IMG/VR virus record: IMGVR_UViG_3300009130_001605
Span: 1 to 64,000 of that record
Direction: 5' to 3' (one strand)
Source: a virus
Length of the DNA stretch: 64,000 nucleotides
In this document: positions 57,544 to 64,000 of the stretch, piece after piece
Position numbering within the stretch: the first letter of the stretch is position 1
Layout of the letters: each line of letters begins with the position of its first letter
The notes under the pieces: model-generated
What the model was told of the DNA's origin: nothing
The model's input: only the letters and a program-made list of their open reading frames with translations
Databases searched by the model: none
Position numbers and translations under genes: made by a program

Positions 57544-59541
57544 ATGAGCAATATCTTAGATATAAAAGATTCAATTGGTGCATATACTTTTTATGCAACA
57601 AATACAAACAAAGAACAATACTTTTGTAAATGTGGAAACCATTTCGAAGTAGATGCTCCTTCAGACGAACTTTCAGATGTAGAAAACCTGTTTAATGATG
57701 GTGACGATGATGATGGTATTATGGGAGCACTTAACAGTGCCAAAATATCTTTAAGGGATAATATTAAATGCCCTCATTGTAATGTCGATTACAAAATCCC
57801 TGTAAACCAAAAGAGATTAAGAGAAATTGGTAAATATTTCTTATCAGGATACAATGTTAACGAAGATAACGGTAGACTGACCTTAAATAAGGTTAAAGTA
57901 AAACCTTTGCTTGCACCAGAAGAATCAGAGGAACCTTTGGAATTTGAAGAAATTGTTAGGCACCTTTCTTATGAGATTGAGACAGGGAAATTGTTTTTCA
58001 AAGATTATAAGTCTGAAGAAATAGAGTTTGATCTAGATCAAACTCTATCAGTAGTTAGCAAGTTTTTTGAAAATGACACACCACTTGTTGTCAATCTATT
58101 TGATTTACATAACTACATAATGAAATTATCAAATTATGTATCCGATTCAGAAAATATCGACACAGTAAAAGGTTTACTTGAGGAAGCAAGGTCAAATATG
58201 AACAAGAGTGCTGATGACACTTTTGAGAAAGTCTTATCTATCTTGTTGTCAATCATCAAATATTCAAACTTGTCAACAATTGCAATGACTAAAAGTCCTA
58301 TTTTCCTATACGAAATGCTTAGAGATTGTAATCCTCCGAAAGCAGAGGTGTTGGAGAAAGAGGGTGTCACTTCACCAATCAAGATTTTTAACTTCTTGGC
58401 AAAAACTTACATCAACAGAATAAACGAAGAAGTTAAAGAAGAAAAGATTGTTGAAAAGGAATTTACATTCTCTAGTAATATCGTCTTGGAAGACCACGAG
58501 GATCATTCAAAGGTATCAAAAGTTGGTGATGATTTTGAGGAAGGAACTGAAGATACAATGTCTGTATCAGAAGGAGAAACAAGAGAGTTGAAAATAAACT
58601 TAAAATCCATTCAGGATTATGAGTCTAAGGTTTCTAAAACCGCCCAAGGTAATTTTGAGGTTTTTCAAATCGGAGGTGACGGACAGATTTCAAAATTCAT
58701 ATACAAGAAACTTAAAGCGTTTCACGACTATAAACAACTGGTTAAGTATATGAAACATTTCGAGTATAAGAACTTGGTTGAACTTATGACGAAATATGAC
58801 TATGATCTTATCGTGAACATGATAGATGTGATCTATTACCGATTAGACATAGACATGGATGAGGTGAAAAGGCTTATTCCGTTATTTATAGACCATTGTC
58901 AGGTTCAAACCAAAGATATGAAGATAAAAACTAATACGTTTGATCCAAATGAAGAGCTTACGTTAGATTACACTTACATCAATAGTTTTAATTTTGAGTT
59001 TTACGATGACTGTAAGATGATGATTAAAACTTTGGAATTTGATCCAAGAAAGGATTTGTACAAAATCAAAACAAATGCCGTTCTTAAAGCCTTCCATGAT
59101 GAAGTGGTGAAATACTATGGGGCAATTAAATTAGAAGAAGAAGGCGGTTATAAAGGTTATTTCAATAACTTTAAATTCCTTGAGGATAAAAACAACTACG
59201 ATGGGTTATTGAGATTCGAAATAATTGATACTCCTAAAGCTGTTGTTGCAGAAGGTAGGGAACTACACCATAGTGTGAGTTCTTACGCAGCTAGATTGAT
59301 GGACGGGGATTATGTATTACTTAGAGTCTATGATGACACTGAGGACGCTCCAGAAAAGGATTTAGATAGATTCACAATGGGGCTTCATTACAACAAGAAT
59401 AACGGTCTTGAGTTTGATCAATTAAAAGGTGTGGCAAACAAGCCAGCAAGTGATCGGGTTAAGAAAATGGCTATTGAATGGATGAAATCCAAAGAAGTGA
59501 ATTATAACGAAAAAAGACCAGACATCCGTATTAGACGATAA
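57544..59541 (+). CDS. PcfJ-domain protein with N-terminal Zn ribbons
   Basis: FCKCG and CPHC; C-terminal FHDE..AEGRELHHSVSSY..RFTMGL..QLKGVANK. Confidence 0.75.
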   Translation: MSNILDIKDSIGAYTFYATNTNKEQYFCKCGNHFEVDAPSDELSDVENLFNDGDDDDGIMGALNSAKISLRDNIKCPHCNVDYKIPVNQKRLREIGKYFLSGYNVNEDNGRLTLNKVKVKPLLAPEESEEPLEFEEIVRHLSYEIETGKLFFKDYKSEEIEFDLDQTLSVVSKFFENDTPLVVNLFDLHNYIMKLSNYVSDSENIDTVKGLLEEARSNMNKSADDTFEKVLSILLSIIKYSNLSTIAMTKSPIFLYEMLRDCNPPKAEVLEKEGVTSPIKIFNFLAKTYINRINEEVKEEKIVEKEFTFSSNIVLEDHEDHSKVSKVGDDFEEGTEDTMSVSEGETRELKINLKSIQDYESKVSKTAQGNFEVFQIGGDGQISKFIYKKLKAFHDYKQLVKYMKHFEYKNLVELMTKYDYDLIVNMIDVIYYRLDIDMDEVKRLIPLFIDHCQVQTKDMKIKTNTFDPNEELTLDYTYINSFNFEFYDDCKMMIKTLEFDPRKDLYKIKTNAVLKAFHDEVVKYYGAIKLEEEGGYKGYFNNFKFLEDKNNYDGLLRFEIIDTPKAVVAEGRELHHSVSSYAARLMDGDYVLLRVYDDTEDAPEKDLDRFTMGLHYNKNNGLEFDQLKGVANKPASDRVKKMAIEWMKSKEVNYNEKRPDIRIRR

Positions 59542-59543
59542 TT

Positions 59544-59912
59544 ATGTGGATTAGAAAATACAATAAACAAAATGAATTAGCTCTATCTGTTCAACTTGAC
59601 GAAACAGGTGGAACTAAATCATTATATTCAGTTGAAAAAGACACTTTCTTGAGATTTAACAGATGGGGAAAAAGAAATATCGTTGAATATAAAGTTTCTG
59701 ACGAAGAAATTGAATTGGTGGAAAACAGAGAAGGTGCAAAATTTTTTAGATGCATCTCAAAGAATAACAAAAAAGGGGGTATTAACTACCCTGGATATCA
59801 CAAACATTTCTCTATTGAGAATGGGGATGTTATAAATTTTAATATTGACAAATCTAAACTTAAATCATGGAAGGCAAAAGCCACGAAGAAAAGCAGGATA
59901 GCAAAAACCTAA
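59544..59912 (+). CDS. hypothetical protein
   Basis: 122-aa ORF. Confidence 0.65.
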   Translation: MWIRKYNKQNELALSVQLDETGGTKSLYSVEKDTFLRFNRWGKRNIVEYKVSDEEIELVENREGAKFFRCISKNNKKGGINYPGYHKHFSIENGDVINFNIDKSKLKSWKAKATKKSRIAKT

Positions 59913-60211
59913 TGATGAGTGCCATTAAACATGGTCTCGATGGAATCTCTTATTCACAGTCATCAAAGGCAATTAGCCTAGATGAAAATGAAATCTATGA
60001 AATAACTGACAAATCATCGAAAGGGAAAACTTTAGATGAATTAGAGCAAAGAAAGCTTACACTTCACAATATTCAGTCTGGTAATTTTAAAAGTTTTTTT
60101 ACAGTTGTAAATAAATATGAACAAGAAGACCAGTGTGTAATTGCAAAAATGATTGAATTAGGCCAAGAGTCAAACGAGGACACAAACAACAAAATAAACG
60201 AATATGAATAA
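59867..60211 (+). CDS. hypothetical protein
   Basis: Start at 59867 or 59912. Confidence 0.6.
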   Translation: MEGKSHEEKQDSKNLMMSAIKHGLDGISYSQSSKAISLDENEIYEITDKSSKGKTLDELEQRKLTLHNIQSGNFKSFFTVVNKYEQEDQCVIAKMIELGQESNEDTNNKINEYE

Positions 60212-60686
60212 GAATGAAAAGGAACAAGAATTGATTTGTAAAAAGCTAAAAGATATTACAGCATCAAATGTAAAGCATTTAAGTAAAGAAGAAAAGGATG
60301 CGGAAATAAAGAATTTGAAGGTGAAAAACCCAGAACAATATTTACATTTACAAAAAATGTACTCTTTGTTTGAAGAAAGGTATGAAGACCTCAACCCAGA
60401 AGAAATCATAGAAAGGAAAGGCGAAATACTAAAAGAAAGATTGAACTTAATCAACCAAATTCAAAATGGAGAGTTTAAGGAAAGGATGGAAGCAAATGTT
60501 GGGTTTAAAGAAGAAGTTGTTGTTGACAAAAAAACAACAGAAGAATTACTTCTTGAAGAGGTGGAAACACTAAATGTTTCAATTGAATTATTAGCAAATC
60601 AAATTGAAGAGCTTTCAAACAAGAAATCTTTATTAGAAAGATTGTTTATTTCAGCACTAAATTTTTTTAGAATTGTCTTTTGGTAA
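60204..60686 (+). CDS. hypothetical coiled-coil protein
   Basis: 160-aa ORF. Confidence 0.7.
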   Translation: MNKNEKEQELICKKLKDITASNVKHLSKEEKDAEIKNLKVKNPEQYLHLQKMYSLFEERYEDLNPEEIIERKGEILKERLNLINQIQNGEFKERMEANVGFKEEVVVDKKTTEELLLEEVETLNVSIELLANQIEELSNKKSLLERLFISALNFFRIVFW

Positions 60687-60720
60687 TAAAATAATTCCCT
60701 ATTTATAAATAAAGAGTATA

Positions 60721-61128
60721 ATGGGACTTGCTTACGAAAATATAGACAAAATAGATTCAGTTAAATCATCAAAAGGTGACAGGTATATCAAATTTGATAT
60801 GGGGTTACGTGATGGGAAAAGGGCTTCTTTAGTTGCTGAATATGATCAGTATTGCAAATGGGTAAAAGACAACAAGGGTTCTTATAACAATATTTTCGGA
60901 GACTTTGTTAAAGACTTTTTAGGTTCTTCTTCTGAATCGGAAGAGGAATTAAGTGAAATAGTTGACAAGGACGGTAATTTATACCCAGACCAAGACATGC
61001 CAAACAATGCTACAAACAAAATGGTGGGTTCTTCAAAGTTTGATTTAGACAAAGTTTATAAGCAAACTGTTCCTGCAGGATCTAGATATTATTCTGGCGA
61101 TTTAGGTGTTGGCATCATAACTTGGTAA
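60721..61128 (+). CDS. hypothetical late protein
   Basis: Late motif at 60700-60707. Confidence 0.7.
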   Translation: MGLAYENIDKIDSVKSSKGDRYIKFDMGLRDGKRASLVAEYDQYCKWVKDNKGSYNNIFGDFVKDFLGSSSESEEELSEIVDKDGNLYPDQDMPNNATNKMVGSSKFDLDKVYKQTVPAGSRYYSGDLGVGIITW

Positions 61129-61170
61129 TAAATCAAAAAAAAATCATATTTATAAGAAAAATTACCAACA

Positions 61171-61668
61171 ATGAATTCAACAGAAAAAAATAACGACCAA
61201 AGAATGAAAGACATACTTAAAAAGATGTCTACCCCAGGTGTTGCTACTAGAGATGAAAATGAAACTTTATCTGAAAACAAAAACCTTGAAGGTCATTCTG
61301 AAAGATTTAAGAGAGTTGCTACTTATGATCCAATTCAGGAAAACATGAAGTTCACTTCAAAGTCTAATCCAGTTGGAGGTCATGGTGAAACAGTTAATTC
61401 TATCATCAACACTGTTGACGGCACTTCTGTAAATAAATACGGATTTGATAACGGAAAGCCATCTGTCAGCCCAGGATTAACTGCAAAAGAGGCTTTGGAA
61501 ATCGCTATTAAAAGAACAATGGAGTCAGGTGCCCCTGTAAATAGCATTGGGTTTTATGACGAAATTAATTGGAACTTAGAAAAATTAGGTTATTCAGCAA
61601 AACTTCCTATTGATGTTAAGGGTGCATTAAATGATATGCTTAAATATGGAGAAATCAGAAATTCATAA
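61171..61668 (+). CDS. hypothetical late protein
   Basis: Late motif at 61147-61154. Confidence 0.7.
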   Translation: MNSTEKNNDQRMKDILKKMSTPGVATRDENETLSENKNLEGHSERFKRVATYDPIQENMKFTSKSNPVGGHGETVNSIINTVDGTSVNKYGFDNGKPSVSPGLTAKEALEIAIKRTMESGAPVNSIGFYDEINWNLEKLGYSAKLPIDVKGALNDMLKYGEIRNS

Positions 61669-62140
61669 AATTATCAATGAAGAGATTCAACTTTTCTTAG
61701 AAGATTTTAAATTTAATAATAGTCAAAAAACATTTAACCCAACACCGTCAATGATCTCTAATTGCAAGAGAGGGATTGAAGCTGTTAAACAAAAAGATTT
61801 AACAGTAGATGGTGAGAACGAAGGTTCGGGTAAAGAAAAAGCTATGTCCATAATTGCCAATGAACCAATGACTCATGCAATGCTAAAAAGGATGAAAGCG
61901 TTTTTTGACAATAATTCTTCTGATTATCAAGCACAATTGGGTGCTGGAAAAACAATAAAAGATTCTGGGATAATCCAAACATGGAATCTTTGGGGTGGAG
62001 ATGCAGGAAAAGAAATGTCTAACAGAGAGGTTGATTACACACAAAGGGACAATCAAAAAAGAAAAGACATCAAGACTTTTATTGCTCCAGTAAAAACTTC
62101 TACATTAATGGATCCTCACAACACAAGGATTCACAAATAA
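61646..62140 (+). CDS. head-associated hypothetical protein (RM..FF...W.LWGGDAG family)
   Basis: LKRMKAFFD..TWNLWGGDAG; N-terminal IHKIINEEI; ATG 61646 preferred. Confidence 0.6.
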   Translation: MEKSEIHKIINEEIQLFLEDFKFNNSQKTFNPTPSMISNCKRGIEAVKQKDLTVDGENEGSGKEKAMSIIANEPMTHAMLKRMKAFFDNNSSDYQAQLGAGKTIKDSGIIQTWNLWGGDAGKEMSNREVDYTQRDNQKRKDIKTFIAPVKTSTLMDPHNTRIHK

Positions 62141-62143
62141 CAC

Positions 62144-62172
62144 TTGATAAATTCATCTTTTATTTTTACATT
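62144..62172 (+). promoter_or_regulatory. sigma70-like promoter TTGATA-N17-TACATT
   Basis: Exact spacing upstream of 62196. Confidence 0.55.
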
Positions 62173-62195
62173 TCGTTGTAAATAAAAATTAAAAG

Positions 62196-62711
62196 ATGAT
62201 ATTCGATTACAATTTCTCAGAAATAGAAGACAACCTTAACTTACCTGAACTAGGAGAGTTTGAAGGATTTCAAGATGCAGATGACGATTTACGTCCTGTT
62301 GCAAACTTTATTAAAAGCAAAACGTTTCACAACGAGTACATAGAGCCAAATAGAATTAAGTTTTTCTATACGAACAAACCAAAGAAAGACGGTGGTAGGT
62401 ATGTAACAGGAACTTTAATGGTTCGTTCGGAAATTGAAAGACTTGTTGATGATAGATACGACTTCATTGCCATTATCTATTACCCAGTGTTCAAAATGCT
62501 TGAAGACGAGGATAAAATCATCCAATTAGACAAAGTTCTTTGTGGTATTGACTTAGGAACCCTTGAGAAGCCTGTAGTAAAAAAGCAGCAACCAGATTCG
62601 AAAGAATTTATTGGAAACTTGAGCTTTTATGGTAGAGACAAAGTTCACGACAGTTCTGAGACAGTTCACTTAGCAACAGAATCAATCGTCCAATCAGAAA
62701 AAGAAGGGTAA
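62196..62711 (+). CDS. phage metallopeptidase-like protein, apparently lacking HExxH
   Basis: IKFFY..KPKKDGGRYVTG..YDFIAII..F..L..QLDKVLCGI. Confidence 0.45.
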   Translation: MIFDYNFSEIEDNLNLPELGEFEGFQDADDDLRPVANFIKSKTFHNEYIEPNRIKFFYTNKPKKDGGRYVTGTLMVRSEIERLVDDRYDFIAIIYYPVFKMLEDEDKIIQLDKVLCGIDLGTLEKPVVKKQQPDSKEFIGNLSFYGRDKVHDSSETVHLATESIVQSEKEG

Positions 62712-62712
62712 A

Positions 62713-62997
62713 ATGAATGTAGAAATAATAAAATCTACCTTCCAAGCTATTGTTAGTCAATTCGTGGCAGAAAGAGATGCTACTGTTGCTAACATCAACC
62801 AACTTCTTTACTCTAAAGGTGATAACGTAGAGGCGTTAACCGAGTTAATGTCCAAATTGACTTTGGCTAAAATGAATATAGCCAACACTCAAGAAGAATT
62901 AAACAAAGCTATGACTTTAATAGCTTTAGAAAAACAAACACCAAAGGATAACGGTTCTCAAGAACCAGAGATCCCTTCGGGAAATAGACCAGAATAA
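62713..62997 (+). CDS. hypothetical protein
   Basis: 94-aa ORF. Confidence 0.65.
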   Translation: MNVEIIKSTFQAIVSQFVAERDATVANINQLLYSKGDNVEALTELMSKLTLAKMNIANTQEELNKAMTLIALEKQTPKDNGSQEPEIPSGNRPE

Positions 62998-62999
62998 AC

Positions 63000-63230
63000 A
63001 TGGTAATAACACTTAAAATAATAATTTGCATTTTCCTACTTGCCATAGGTATAGCAGGGTATTCTATATTCAGAATGTTCAAAGATTCCATTGACTCTGA
63101 AGATTATGATAATATCTCATTGCTAGGTAAATTATTAAATCAGCTGCTGTTCACTACAATAGCAGCTGGTTTACTTTCCTTGATCTCATTCTTATCGGTT
63201 GTTTTGTTTTCTACCATTACAATTTCATAA
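63000..63230 (+). CDS. two-TM membrane protein
   Basis: Two hydrophobic segments. Confidence 0.65.
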   Translation: MVITLKIIICIFLLAIGIAGYSIFRMFKDSIDSEDYDNISLLGKLLNQLLFTTIAAGLLSLISFLSVVLFSTITIS

Positions 63231-63231
63231 A

Positions 63232-63537
63232 ATGTTTAATTGGATTAAGAAAAAAATAAGACATTCAAAATTAAACTTCTATCTACAAAACTTTTTGTTT
63301 AATGTTTCTTTTTGGCTTAGATGTAGAAAGCTTTATAAAACCATTGGGTATAGAAAGCGAACAGGAAACTTCGATATTGATGAAGTTGGTAGAATGCATT
63401 ACAAATACACCACTGTTAAAAAAAAGAGGTTTGTTGGATACGTGTATAAAAACGACATCTATTTAGATAACCCTGGAATGCAAATAAAAGACAGGGAACA
63501 ATGGGAATCTTGGAGAAAGAAAAATTTGATTAAATGA
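63232..63537 (+). CDS. basic hypothetical protein
   Basis: ATG 63232 preferred. Confidence 0.6.
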   Translation: MFNWIKKKIRHSKLNFYLQNFLFNVSFWLRCRKLYKTIGYRKRTGNFDIDEVGRMHYKYTTVKKKRFVGYVYKNDIYLDNPGMQIKDREQWESWRKKNLIK

Positions 63538-63563
63538 AACCAACTAGAAATAGTTGGTTTTTT
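63537..63563 (+). terminator. intrinsic terminator
   Basis: AAACCAACTA-GAAA-TAGTTGGTTT-TTT. Confidence 0.85.
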
Positions 63564-63623
63564 ACTTACAGCTCACGATATTGGTTTTTTTGTGATATTT
63601 ATAGAAAATAAATATTTCCATCG

Positions 63624-64000
63624 ATGGCTGAATATAAAAAGAAAAAAATTGTAGATAAAGAAGTCCAAACTAATGGATTCGAGAAAAGAAGTGAAGAATT
63701 TCAAGACAACGTATCTGATAGAGGTGAAATGTATGAAATGATTCATGACCTATCAGAAAAGGCTACAGAAAAGGCATTTGACAAAGAAGGTGTTGAGAGA
63801 GTTGAGAAATACGCAGGTGTTTATGCAACAGGTAAACCTTACGGAGCAGGTGTTCAAAAAGGAAAGTATGATGTAAGATTTTCAAGTCAAGTAAAATCTG
63901 CTTATCAAAAACAAACAATTTTCGGTACAAAAAGAATGGAAACAGAAATAACTTCTGATTTCGATGCTGAAAATGATCTACTTACTGTTCATTACGATGG
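63624..64000 (+). CDS. 5' part of a late hypothetical protein (runs off the window)
   Basis: ATG 63624 MAEYKKKKIVDKEVQ..., open to the window end; late motif at 63596-63603. Confidence 0.7.
   Translation, partial: MAEYKKKKIVDKEVQTNGFEKRSEEFQDNVSDRGEMYEMIHDLSEKATEKAFDKEGVERVEKYAGVYATGKPYGAGVQKGKYDVRFSSQVKSAYQKQTIFGTKRMETEITSDFDAENDLLTVHYD

Noticed and set aside
536-63091. Many 60-200-aa alternative-frame and antisense ORFs in the track (for example 45432-46046, 29387-29833, 32373-32597)
   Set aside because: They are nested in or antisense to well-supported genes or relics and lack motifs or start contexts
1-64000. Eukaryotic giant virus origin (SET, Snf2, Mre11-Rad50 fusion, sugar genes)
   Set aside because: gp25/gp6/spike baseplate genes, a peptidoglycan amidase, a sigma-like factor and coupled operons indicate a bacterial myovirus
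1-64000. tRNA, rRNA or structured ncRNA genes
   Set aside because: No cloverleaf or T-loop context was recognised by eye; intergenic gaps are short and explained by promoters, terminators or relics. tRNAscan/Infernal were not run

Overview
64 kb of a very AT-rich, densely coded large myovirus (jumbo-phage-like) genome using the standard genetic code. The host is probably Bacteroidota: there are no Shine-Dalgarno motifs, start contexts are A-rich, TAnnTTTG promoter elements occur, and there is an A|Q signal peptide and an Hc1-type histone-like gene. Layout: (1) 0.3-10.4 kb, a glyco/accessory block with a ColD-type 3-dehydratase, Gmd, a SET-domain protein, a T5 A1-like nuclease, an NT5C-like HAD protein, a Tad1-like putative anti-defence sponge, two glycosyltransferases and a phage sigma-like factor. 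(2) 10.4-40.7 kb, a baseplate/tail module with a gp5/gpV spike, gp25, gp6, a gp7-like wedge, a YadA-like repeat fibre and an expanded paralogous fibre-attachment family. (3) 40.7-52.6 kb, replication/recombination genes: RuvC, primase, a single-chain Mre11-Rad50 fusion, a Cas4/RecB-like nuclease and a Snf2 helicase with a class 3 intein. (4) 52.7-64 kb, endolysin, probable internal head proteins, a PcfJ-domain protein and hypotheticals. Most notable: a candidate phage-encoded virion glycosylation system (deoxysugar pathway, glycosyltransferases and a recurrent [S/T]-[G/A]-x-[T/S] motif in structural proteins); a gmd 5' end duplicated around a decayed homing endonuclease; a recurrent TATTTATW late-promoter-like motif; and a Tad1-like gene. 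All family assignments come from motif recognition by eye; no database searches were run.
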